From assembly GCA_965207225.1 (NCBI GenBank), contig CBDBLV010000005.1:1696001-1760000 (forward strand): a stretch of 64,000 bases of DNA, given 5' to 3'. The DNA comes from Dehalococcoidia bacterium. GTDB lineage: Bacteria > Chloroflexota > Dehalococcoidia > Plut-88900. The notes under the pieces are model-generated. The model ran no database searches. It was given only the letters and a program-made list of their open reading frames with translations, and was not told where the DNA came from. The position numbers and the translations under genes are program-made. This document shows, in pieces, positions 1-8,545 of this stretch. The stretch's first letter is position 1. Every line of letters begins with the position of its first letter.

Positions 1-350
1 ATCCCGCCGTGTTGGCCGTGCATTACCCGGGTCTCACAAGTCACCCGGAGTACGAGCTGGCGAAGTTTACGCTGACGGGTGGCTTCGGGAGCATGGTTTC
101 GTTCGAGGTGAGGGGTGGGGAGGAGGGGGCCTCCAGGTTCGTGCGGTCGCTGGAGATGATCAGGTTTGCGGCGAGCCTGGGGGAGACGTGCACCACGGTG
201 TCGCACCCGGCGAAGACTTCGCACAGGGCATTGACGGAGGGTGAGCGAGAGGAGGCGGGGATTTACGGCGGGCTGATACGGATGTCGTGCGGGATAGAGT
301 CGGGGGAGGACATCGAGGCGGAACTGGAACGGGCGTTGGCGAAGTTGTAG
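1..350 (+). CDS. PLP-dependent transsulfuration enzyme (cystathionine gamma-synthase / methionine gamma-lyase family), 3' part
   Basis: C-terminal motifs VHYPGL, GFGSMVSF, ASLG, HPAKTSH, LIRMSCGIE; truncated by the window edge. Confidence 0.9.
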   Translation, partial: PAVLAVHYPGLTSHPEYELAKFTLTGGFGSMVSFEVRGGEEGASRFVRSLEMIRFAASLGETCTTVSHPAKTSHRALTEGEREEAGIYGGLIRMSCGIESGEDIEAELERALAKL

Positions 351-648
351 TTGGAACGGGAAGGCTGTGGATTTCGTCTATATCGACTAGAATCGCACTC
401 TGCCCCACGATTGCCGGTCGCCGACATTTGGCACACGGGGGCATAGGGTTCATTCTCCCTGCACTCAAAGTCGAGGAGTTGTCAACCTGATTTGCTTTTG
501 AGTAGAGTTCTAGGACCTACTCCGAGATAACCCTGTCGTAGCTGATTGCCCATCAGCTGAGCATAGACTTAAACCTCTTCACTCTGGAGTGGATCACAAT
601 TCGGAAAAGGTGTACCGGGGAGCATATTTAGCCCCGCCATGCAACGCC

Positions 649-1299
649 TTATAACCATTTCTCTGGGTCACTGCACTGGGTTACGGAGTCTCGCACCTCA
701 TGCGCAGCGGCGTGCAGTAATCCGTTAGTCTCTCCTTGGGACACATCCATCGAGCCGTTGGCACTGGCCTTCTTTGCTCCATCCTCGAACAAGCTCTGGG
801 CGCCATTTTGCCGGGTATGGAACCCATTTCCGAATCGGGCTGAGGTTATGGCAACGACATCATGGTCCACGTACTCTTTGATTAACTCGTTGGCTTGGCT
901 GATTGCCTGATCCAGAGCATTGCGGGCAGAATCCGGTTGGGCATGGTCGACTTGAAACCCCAGCCATTGCTCCCACTCCTCCCCGTCATCTTGTACTATC
1001 AATTGGACATGCTTCCAGTCTTGGGCCAGCTGCCGTAACCGATGCAGCACCCTATCCCACTGGTCGGGATTGGTCACCAAGCACAGGACGTAGGCCGTTC
1101 CACCAGTGGTCTCCCACCAGTATGGCAGCTCCGGGTGACCTTCACAGGAGGAGAGGGTTTCCACCAAGCCGGTCTGGTTCAATGTCCAGACCAACTCTCT
1201 AACCCCCGGTTCCAACTGCGCATAGTCCAGGAACCAGGGATGCATCGCCTGGACATCAGCGAAAGTCGGAAGGAGTACCGCCCGTTTGAACCACCACAT
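649..1299 (-). CDS. Hypothetical protein with TYW3-like N-terminal motif
   Basis: LEPGVRELVWTLNQTGLVETLSSCEGH resembles the D/ExxIxxLVxxLN...TxSSCxG motif of TYW3-like proteins; starts 9 bp after the stop of the 64-aa gene. Confidence 0.55.
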   Translation of the reverse strand: MWWFKRAVLLPTFADVQAMHPWFLDYAQLEPGVRELVWTLNQTGLVETLSSCEGHPELPYWWETTGGTAYVLCLVTNPDQWDRVLHRLRQLAQDWKHVQLIVQDDGEEWEQWLGFQVDHAQPDSARNALDQAISQANELIKEYVDHDVVAITSARFGNGFHTRQNGAQSLFEDGAKKASANGSMDVSQGETNGLLHAAAHEVRDSVTQCSDPEKWL

Positions 1300-1308
1300 A
1301 ATTCTTCC

Positions 1309-1503
1309 TCAGGAGCCTTCAACCTCAGGCACTTGCAGGGAATCGAAATGCTGTTTGCTGACAAATCTAACCAGTTTTGTACCGTCTTCCTCGGCGGTTA
1401 CGGCATAAGTTTGTCTGCCGTTCTTATGCACCAGGGTGCGTTTCCTGAGGCCGCTCTCCGGTATATCCACTGTTTGCTTGGTCTTCACGTTATAGAACTC
1501 CAT
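1309..1503 (-). CDS. Small basic beta-rich protein, CC1 chromatin protein-like / DUF5679-like
   Basis: 64 aa, GAGGTG RBS before ATG; FYNVKTKQ...TYAVTA...GTKLVRFVSK pattern. Confidence 0.6.
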   Translation of the reverse strand: MEFYNVKTKQTVDIPESGLRKRTLVHKNGRQTYAVTAEEDGTKLVRFVSKQHFDSLQVPEVEGS

Positions 1504-1632
1504 GTTTCACCTCATGCTTCGATATTCAAGTTCTGATTTGCTAACGGATTCCTGGACTTGACCACATGGCCTTTCAACTGGAACGCATTACCATCCTCCT
1601 TGTTTGTTTTGCGTTTAAATTATTGAGATAAA

Positions 1633-1649
1633 GTATCCTATTCGGATAC
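1633..1649. promoter_or_regulatory. Palindromic candidate operator GTATCC-N5-GGATAC
   Basis: Perfect 6-bp inverted repeat in AT-rich DNA about 130 bp upstream of the gene starting at 1503. Confidence 0.35.
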
Positions 1650-2178
1650 ATCTATTTACAGGGCGCTGCACAGTTAACAGGGATAACGTATCAAAGAACA
1701 ACCGCCTTGTCAACGCTGATTCTTGTCTCGGAAGTTGCCTCCTCCGTCCACAACCTTCAGGTCGATGGGATGAGGGGTTTTCAAGACTGACGAATAGCCT
1801 CGCCTGCTGTGGGAACCCCTATGATCGGTGGTGCAGAGATGTTGCCATTGGCGCCAGGCAACCCGCGGACGACGCATTTGCCGCCTTAGGCGTACGTTCC
1901 ATACAGCGAGACCTTTCAGCGAAAAGTCCGCAATTCAACACGCTCCGGCCAACCTAACGGGAGGCGGACCCAGGAGAGGCGCGGCGATATTGTAGATGGA
2001 GCGGTGTAGTTGTTCCTGGTTTGCGACGCTGCCGTAATCCGTGGGGCACAGAAACTATTACTTAGCCGTCTCCCGAAGCCGAAATCACCTCGTGGTCAAT
2101 TGGGGCGGGCCGGAACTCACCCCCTGCCTTCGGTCTCCGCGAATGTAGAGAAGCGTCTGCATTGCGCTGCCGCCATCA

Positions 2179-3159
2179 CTACACTGCCACGCAAGCCTGC
2201 AACCCCGACTCCAACTCCGCTTTGTCCAGGTCCCGTCCTATGAAGACCACCTTGTTAATTCTTGGGTCGGACCCCCACGGCCTGTCCGTCTGGCCGTCGA
2301 AAATCGCGTGGACGGCCTGGAAGACCACTCTGTCCTGCACACCCTTGAAGTTCAATACGCCCTTGACACGAAAGATGTCCTCGCCTCTTTCATGGCCCAA
2401 CTCGTGTGCCCACTCCTCTACCTTGTCCTCGTCCAGTTCCCCTGCCATTGTTATCCCTACCGAGGTGATACCCTCCGCGATCTCGCACTCATCTTCCTCA
2501 GCCGTCAGCAAGTTGGGATGGGATAACAAGATACGCTCCAGGTCGAAGCCGCCAATCTCTAAAATGTCTTCCATCCTGGCCGCCGACTTTTGCGTACGGT
2601 GCATTTTCGCCAGCGCATTGATTGACCTGACCCGACCCTCCAGTTTCTCCAGCTCGGTCTCCGTGGCCAGGTCCGTTTTGTTCAGCAGTACCACGTCGGC
2701 GAAGGCGATCTGCTCTCGCAGCTCCTCTCTTTCCTCGATATGCAGCCACACGTGCTTGGAGTCGACAATGGTGACAATGCCGTCCAGCCTTACCTTCTCT
2801 TTCAAATACTCGTCTATGACAAACGTCTGGGCGACCGGCCCCGGGTCCGTCAGGCCGCTGGTCTCTATGAGTATGTAGTCGAACTTCTTGCGGCGTCTCA
2901 ACAAGCTGCGGAGCGCGTGAATCAGGTCCCCCCGCACCATGCAACAGAGGCACCCGTTGTTCATCTCGATTATCTCCTCCGCCTCATTAACCACCAGGTC
3001 CCTGTCAATGGAGAGCTCGTTGTACTCGTTCTCCACCACGGCAATGCGCATTCCGTGGTTCTCGGTCAATATGCGATTCACGAGGGTCGTCTTACCGGCC
3101 CCCAGGAACCCCGTCAACACAGTCACCGGCACTCGTGAATCTTGTTCCAACGTGGTCAC
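2179..3159 (-). CDS. COG0523 / CobW-family G3E GTPase metallochaperone
   Basis: GFLGAGKT Walker A, GCLCC metal motif, IETSG, NKTD, CobW_C-type tail (VFIGRDLD). Confidence 0.95.
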   Translation of the reverse strand: MTTLEQDSRVPVTVLTGFLGAGKTTLVNRILTENHGMRIAVVENEYNELSIDRDLVVNEAEEIIEMNNGCLCCMVRGDLIHALRSLLRRRKKFDYILIETSGLTDPGPVAQTFVIDEYLKEKVRLDGIVTIVDSKHVWLHIEEREELREQIAFADVVLLNKTDLATETELEKLEGRVRSINALAKMHRTQKSAARMEDILEIGGFDLERILLSHPNLLTAEEDECEIAEGITSVGITMAGELDEDKVEEWAHELGHERGEDIFRVKGVLNFKGVQDRVVFQAVHAIFDGQTDRPWGSDPRINKVVFIGRDLDKAELESGLQACVAV

Positions 3160-3581
3160 AATAGACCCCCTATCTAGTGCTACTCAGTATCATTGTTCAC
3201 GGCCCATTCACTCACCCATCTGCCAGTTGAGAGTTCCTCTGCGATTGGAATGGACAACCTAACAGATGGTATCCAAATGGGGCCCGTCAGACAGTATCCC
3301 AGGGATCCTTAACCGTCACCTTGAGGTCTAAGTCCGAAAGTTATTTTGTCAAGATACTCAGTCGCAAATATGTGCACATGTGAGGGTAGCGTCTTACCAG
3401 GGGGCTGTCAATTCGGCGCGCCGATTTGGAACTCCAACAGAGCCTTATGCCTGTGCTCAGTCTCTCGGGCCTTCCCGTGCTGCTTTCCAAAGATCGATGA
3501 GTGGGGTTAGCGGAAAGATATCGTACGTAGATGAATCGGAGAGCCGGGAAGCCGATGGGTGTCGGACTAGCCGCGGACAGG

Positions 3582-3608
3582 AAAAAAGACCGTTAATTCT
3601 GACGGTCT
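3582..3608 (-). terminator. Intrinsic terminator downstream of tRNA-Gly
   Basis: Minus strand: AGACCGT-8 nt-ACGGTCT followed by a T run. Confidence 0.75.
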
Positions 3609-3631
3609 CGTAGCTACGAAATGAGGGGTTA

Positions 3632-3706
3632 TGGAGCGGGAGACCGGACTCGAACCGGCGACAACCTGCTTGGAAGGCAGGGGCTCTACCACTGAGCTAC
3701 TCCCGC
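3632..3706 (-). tRNA. trnG: tRNA-Gly (anticodon TCC)
   Basis: GCGGGAGTAGCTCAGTGGTAGAGC...CCTGC-CTTCCAA-GCAGG...GGTTCGAGTCC...CTCCCGCTCCA; cloverleaf with encoded CCA. Confidence 0.97.
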
Positions 3707-3764
3707 AGTGCGAGTGAGATATTAGAAGGGTTGGCGGGGTGGGGTCAAGGGAGGGGGAGGTGAG

Positions 3765-5735
3765 CTAGATGGAACGGGCAGTTCGATGGCCGTCCACTAC
3801 GGCTACCTCTATGTCCCTGGGCTGGAGGGCGTCGCCGATTAGGTGGAGGTCGAGGGCGCTGTCCTTGAGGTCCCGGTAGAGGGTGTCTACTGCCTGGCCG
3901 CCGGCGGCAATTACCACTGCGTCGATGTCCGTGATGTAGCGAGGCTCCCACGTGACCACGTCATAGACGTATAGCGAATCTTCCAGGATTTCGAAAACGC
4001 CGGTAAATGGGGTCATCTTCACACCCTTGCGGAGCAGGCTTTCGTAGAGGTGCTGCCAGAGGGGCGGAGTTATCTCCCGGCCCACGTACTGAAGGCCCGT
4101 AACTATCTCCACAGACTTGCCGCTGGTCACCAGATAGTCGGCGACGGTGGAGGCCTCTGGGAGGCCTTGGGTGTCGATAACGACGATCCGCTCACCCAGC
4201 TCGGCCGATCCGTTGAGCACTTCCCAAGTCGTGAGAACGTTCCGGCCTTCGGCCCCCGGGATTTCGGGGATGTAGGCGGAGGAGCCGGTGGCGACTACTA
4301 CGGAATCGGGGCTTTCGGCGAGGATGAGGTCGGGGGTGGCCTCGGTGTTGAGGCGGACATCGACCCCCAGCCTGCCGAGCTGTCGCTCGAAGAATAACAC
4401 CACCTCCTCGAAGTGGTCCCGACGCGGTGTCTTCATTATCAGGCCCAGCTGTCCCCCGAGCCTCGGACCTTTTTCAAAGAGGACGACATCGTGGCCCTTC
4501 ATGGCGGCGGTGCGAGCGGCTTCCATACCCGCTGGGCCTCCCCCGACGATTACTATTTTCTTCTTCTCGGGGGCGGGAGGAAGGATGCTCCAGTCTTTCT
4601 CGCGGCCTGTGACGGGGTTGTAGATGCACCCGACTCCTAACCCAATGAGGATGTGTCCTGCGCAGCTCTGATTAGTCCCGATGCAATAACGGATCTCGTC
4701 CGAACGGCCTTCTTTGGCCTTGTTGGGAAGATGGGGGTCGGCGATGAGTGCCCTGACCATGCCGACCATGTCCACCACCCCGTCGGCGACGAGGCGCTCG
4801 GCAAGGGCGGGGGAGTCAATGCGGCCCGCGCCGATGATTGGCAGCCCGACGGTCTGCTTGATCTCGTTGGCCTTGTAGACGTACTGGCCCGGCTCCCGGT
4901 AGTAACTGGGCCAGTGGTCGGCGAAGGACTTGGGGTCGGGTATGGCGCCCTGCCAAACGTTCAAGAAGTCGATGGCGCCGGTCTGCTCCAGCAGGGGGGC
5001 GATGGTCTTCAGCTCCGACATGCCGACGCTGTAGTCGACCATGTCGTCGTACATGCGGATGCCGAGGAGGAGGTCGGGGCCGAGGGCCTTGCGGCAGCCT
5101 TCGACGATCTCATAGAGGAAGGTCATGCGCTGTTCAACGGTTGAGCCGCCGTACTTGTCCGTGCGGCGGTTGGAGTCGGGGCTAAGGAACTCGGCGACGA
5201 GATATCCAAGGCCGACAAGGAGCTCGACACCGTCCAGCCCGCCCTCGCGGACACGGGCGGCGGCATCGTAGAACTGCCGGACGGCTTCCTCAACCTCCTC
5301 GGTGGACATCTCGTGGGGCATGTACTGGGGACTGCCGAAGTGGGGCGGGGGCACGGCGGAGGGCGCCATGAGGGGTCGGCCCAGGACGCCCGCGGAATCG
5401 ACTACAGCCCGTCCCCGGTGTCCGAGTTGCGCCAGCAGGGGGGTGTCGAACTCGTGGGTGGCTTCGGACATGCGTCGGTAGACGGGAATGACCCGGTCGT
5501 CGTAGTTGGCCATGGACAGGGGAATCTCGCCGTCGTTGTAGACGACGCTGTGACCTATGACGACCATGGCAGCGCCGCCCTTGGCCCGTTCGCGCACGTA
5601 GTGGACGTACCGTTCGTCGGGGAGGCCGCCCTCGCCCTGGTAATGAGCGGCGTGGCCGGCGTTAACTATCCGGTTCCTGAGAGTGTACTTCCCGACCCTG
5701 ATAGGTTCGAACAGGTGAGGAAAAGGGATGGCCAC
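3765..5735 (-). CDS. Old yellow enzyme / FadH-like NADH:flavin oxidoreductase
   Basis: LRNRIV, QLGHRG, NRRTDKYGGS, CIGTNQSC...CIYNP Fe-S motif, GGGPAGMEAA; GTG start at 5735 with AAGGAG RBS (ORF track overextends to 5999). Confidence 0.92.
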   Translation of the reverse strand: MAIPFPHLFEPIRVGKYTLRNRIVNAGHAAHYQGEGGLPDERYVHYVRERAKGGAAMVVIGHSVVYNDGEIPLSMANYDDRVIPVYRRMSEATHEFDTPLLAQLGHRGRAVVDSAGVLGRPLMAPSAVPPPHFGSPQYMPHEMSTEEVEEAVRQFYDAAARVREGGLDGVELLVGLGYLVAEFLSPDSNRRTDKYGGSTVEQRMTFLYEIVEGCRKALGPDLLLGIRMYDDMVDYSVGMSELKTIAPLLEQTGAIDFLNVWQGAIPDPKSFADHWPSYYREPGQYVYKANEIKQTVGLPIIGAGRIDSPALAERLVADGVVDMVGMVRALIADPHLPNKAKEGRSDEIRYCIGTNQSCAGHILIGLGVGCIYNPVTGREKDWSILPPAPEKKKIVIVGGGPAGMEAARTAAMKGHDVVLFEKGPRLGGQLGLIMKTPRRDHFEEVVLFFERQLGRLGVDVRLNTEATPDLILAESPDSVVVATGSSAYIPEIPGAEGRNVLTTWEVLNGSAELGERIVVIDTQGLPEASTVADYLVTSGKSVEIVTGLQYVGREITPPLWQHLYESLLRKGVKMTPFTGVFEILEDSLYVYDVVTWEPRYITDIDAVVIAAGGQAVDTLYRDLKDSALDLHLIGDALQPRDIEVAVVDGHRTARSI

Positions 5736-5746
5736 CTTCCGCTCCT

Positions 5747-6838
5747 TTAGCGCACTGCGGCCTTGGCCTCGTTGGTGAGTTCGTAGGTGACGGGTTTCCG
5801 GTTGGGGTTGGGTATCTTCACGTTGAGCTTTTCGAGCTCGGGCCAGATGTTCTTCTTGAACTCGGTCCCGAAAGCTGCACCTCCCACCCTTGCCAGCCTG
5901 TGGCCCGGCCACCGACGCCGGATTATGTCCTGGCAGTCGGTGCTCTTGAATGCGCCGACAGGTTGCTCCCGGACGATGGCCCGGGCCATGTCTGCCCATG
6001 GACTGCCCTGCGCGGCGAGAGGCGCCGGAGAAAAGGGAGGGGGAGTCGGGGGCGCCTGCGATATAGAAGGGGTAGGTGAAGCCGCAGGCGTGGGACGTGC
6101 GGGCCGTCTGGAAACACTGGGGCGGCTCCTGGGCGGTGAGGAAGAGTAGGACCTGGCAGAGCGGTGATCAGCGGAGACTACGTGCAGAAGGTCTCGGGGG
6201 AAGAACTGCTTGACGTTGGCGGAAAGAGACTTGTGACGGTTCGTGACTGCCCAGAGGAAGGGCATAGGACCCCGGGAGCCATCGACCTCGTCGCGAATGG
6301 CAGCGTAGAGGGAAATGAAGTCGCTGTCGTCACTGAAGACGACGATGTGGCCTATTCTGCCGCGCACGAAATCGGCGATTGCGTTGGTGGCCATGGCGAT
6401 GTCGGCGGAGTTCTTGGAGGAATCCCGGCTGAAGTGCTGGATGCCCTTCACCAGGACCTGGATGCTGCTGAACTGGTCGACCGCCCACAGTCGCCAGAGC
6501 TCGACCTGGTCTGCGCGTACGTAGAGGGTCATGCGGGAGGGGGCGGGGGTGGTGCTGGGCCAGTTAAACATTAGTGAAGATATCAGGGTTTGGGCGTCTT
6601 CCTGCAGGTTCTCGACGTCGATATATACGCCGGACCCCTTGGAGCCCTTGTTGGTTCTATAGTTCAGGGTCTTTCCTCCTGGGTTGCTTCGGGTAGAAGG
6701 TTCGGTAGAAGTCTGGATAACTCGTATCTCGGCCTGATGGTGAGACCTGGAAAATGGAGAGGCCAGGATGCGCCCCAGGCCCTTAAGACCCGATCCACGA
6801 TTGCTTTCACTTGATGGAGAGAGAGAAGAATTGTCCAC
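5747..6838 (-). CDS. NYN domain (PIN-like, LabA/DUF88) putative ribonuclease
   Basis: YIDVEN, KNSADIAM, SDDSDF acidic motifs; Pro/Ser-rich linker and small C-terminal domain; start uncertain. Confidence 0.8.
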   Translation of the reverse strand: MDNSSLSPSSESNRGSGLKGLGRILASPFSRSHHQAEIRVIQTSTEPSTRSNPGGKTLNYRTNKGSKGSGVYIDVENLQEDAQTLISSLMFNWPSTTPAPSRMTLYVRADQVELWRLWAVDQFSSIQVLVKGIQHFSRDSSKNSADIAMATNAIADFVRGRIGHIVVFSDDSDFISLYAAIRDEVDGSRGPMPFLWAVTNRHKSLSANVKQFFPRDLLHVVSADHRSARSYSSSPPRSRPSVSRRPARPTPAASPTPSISQAPPTPPPFSPAPLAAQGSPWADMARAIVREQPVGAFKSTDCQDIIRRRWPGHRLARVGGAAFGTEFKKNIWPELEKLNVKIPNPNRKPVTYELTNEAKAAVR

Positions 6839-7410
6839 TATTGCGTCCGTCCATTTCTTTGACTTGGGTCACAGGTGAGAATATCGAGAACCTGAGGCAG
6901 GGCCGACTCGGCTCGTTCCAGCAGAGCAACGTTGTCCAGGCTGCCGATGGGGTGCCGGACCCGGGCGTAGGGGTAGTCGGGGATGCCCCTCATGCGGGCT
7001 ATGGTCCTGGCGGGTATCTCGAACTCCTCGGTGATGATGACTGCGGTGGGTATTCCGTTCAGTTCCAATTCTATACCGTCGTGCAAACTGCACTGGCTGC
7101 AGGAGCCTCAGTCCCCGATGGCGAGCACCGCGATGTCGCACTCATTGGCGATTTGGAATATCAGGGAGGGGGGAGCGGGTCGGGTGGCGTCGGCCTTGGA
7201 GTAACGCACAATCCGGGTGGAATCCATTTCCGCAGCCAGCAAGGACGATAGCTTGTCCAGCAGGTTGCCGGCGTTGATCTTGGTGTTATCGACCAGGGCG
7301 ATAGTCTTGGCGTCCAGACCCGAGGGACGCGGCGCCATCGACACGCTGGCCGGTGGAGTTTCACCTCGGGGGTCCATGACCGGTATTCCTATGGGGTCTG
7401 GACTCGTCAT
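6838..7410 (-). CDS. UGSC-family selenoprotein (190 aa, Sec at UGA 7108-7110)
   Basis: Frame is continuous across TGA: ...DIAVLAIGD-U-GSCSQCSLHDGIELELNGIPTAVII...; ATGA overlap with upstream gene; ORF track splits it in two. Confidence 0.88.
7072..7098 (-). promoter_or_regulatory. Candidate bacterial SECIS element
   Basis: GCC-A-GUGCA-GUU-UGCAC-GAC-GGU; upper stem begins 14 nt 3' of the UGA, with G in the apical loop. Confidence 0.55.
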
Positions 7411-8450
7411 ATCGCACCTCCTGGTTTGGAGATCAGCGGTCGGGTGACGCTGCGGCTGTAATCGACCTCGCTGCCCCATGATACGAGGAATGCCGAGAAA
7501 CCGCCTGCACTCCCTCCCGCGGGTATGATTAGAAAGTCGTCGGGGAAAGCGGCGACTCCGGGCAGCCCTACTCCCTCCCGGAATTCGTTCTTCCCGCTGT
7601 CGGGGCGGGACCTCCAGTAGTCCATGGGCCTCTGCGTCGCCTCGTGGAGGAACTGCTGCACGTCTTTCTTGCTCCACCCGGCTCGTAGGATGTGATTTAG
7701 GTGCTCGGGGACGAGGATGACCATGATCTCGCAACCGCGGGCGTAGTAGGGGTAGGCGACGATGGCGTCGGCGATTCGGGTCAGGACTTCCTCTGCACTG
7801 TTGCTGCGGTGGTCGGAGACCTGGACAGGGGCGTAGCAGGCGAAGGCGGTCACTGCGTCTGTGGACTCGGGGATGCCGTAGTCGGAGCGGAGAGGAGGCC
7901 AGGGGGTCAAGGACTCGTCCTCGGAGATGCAGGAGGTGAACTTGCCCGGATTCCCGAGCGTCGACTTGTCCAGCACACCGGGCAGGGCCCCGCACACGTT
8001 CATCAGGATGAGTCGTATGGCCCTGCCGATGGTGGCGTTAGCCCGGGCCCCGGGGCCCAGCATGTTGACACCGCAGTTTATGCCAATCTCATCGACAATT
8101 GTCCCGCCGACCACCAGCATGTGAGAAGCGCCGGAGGTGCTGGCGGCGGTGGCATTGAGGCTGAACTCATCATCGACCATGGCCTCTATTCCGGCGACTA
8201 TGACCGGCATATAGTCGGGGAGGCAGCCGGCCATGATGGCGTTGAGGGCTACCTTCTCGGCGGTGATGGGGATTGCGCCGACGGAAACGGTGCCGACAAC
8301 GTCGTTGGGGCTCAGGGTGGCGGCATCCAGGAATTGGGCGAGGCGGTTGGGGGTGGGGGGAACAACAGGTAGGCCGTCGGTGAGGCCCTGCTGGAAATAG
8401 TATTCAACGGCCTCGAAGTAGTCGAGAGCCTGCTGGGGATTGGGTGACAC
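7407..8450 (-). CDS. Conserved hypothetical protein (TDGLPVVPPT family, typical UGSC neighbour)
   Basis: GLTDGLPVVPPT, AIMAGCLP, RANATIGRAIRL, TLGNPGKF; GTG 8450 with GAGG RBS (alternative start 8468). Confidence 0.8.
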   Translation of the reverse strand: MSPNPQQALDYFEAVEYYFQQGLTDGLPVVPPTPNRLAQFLDAATLSPNDVVGTVSVGAIPITAEKVALNAIMAGCLPDYMPVIVAGIEAMVDDEFSLNATAASTSGASHMLVVGGTIVDEIGINCGVNMLGPGARANATIGRAIRLILMNVCGALPGVLDKSTLGNPGKFTSCISEDESLTPWPPLRSDYGIPESTDAVTAFACYAPVQVSDHRSNSAEEVLTRIADAIVAYPYYARGCEIMVILVPEHLNHILRAGWSKKDVQQFLHEATQRPMDYWRSRPDSGKNEFREGVGLPGVAAFPDDFLIIPAGGSAGGFSAFLVSWGSEVDYSRSVTRPLISKPGGAI

Positions 8451-8545
8451 GCCTTTCCTCATCCGCACCTGCGCACAAGCGCCGAGGCAATTATAACACT
8501 GTCTCGTGTATCGGCTGATAGAATAGGTCCGGAGGTCGAGCCAGA

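Noticed and set aside
1675-1687. I-SceI-like sequence TAACAGGGATAAC
   Set aside because: Halves are in permuted order and it is not the 18-bp site; probably chance
3160-3580. Cobalamin riboswitch or Zur box upstream of the COG0523 gene
   Set aside because: No B12-box or convincing Zur palindrome recognised by eye
350-3631. Integrative element at tRNA-Gly
   Set aside because: No integrase; only a 9-bp match (ATGGAGCGG, 1996-2004) to the tRNA 3' end, too short to call an att site
7108-7110. Nonsense mutation / two separate small genes
   Set aside because: The UGA falls exactly at the UxxC redox position with a downstream hairpin, so Sec recoding is the better explanation
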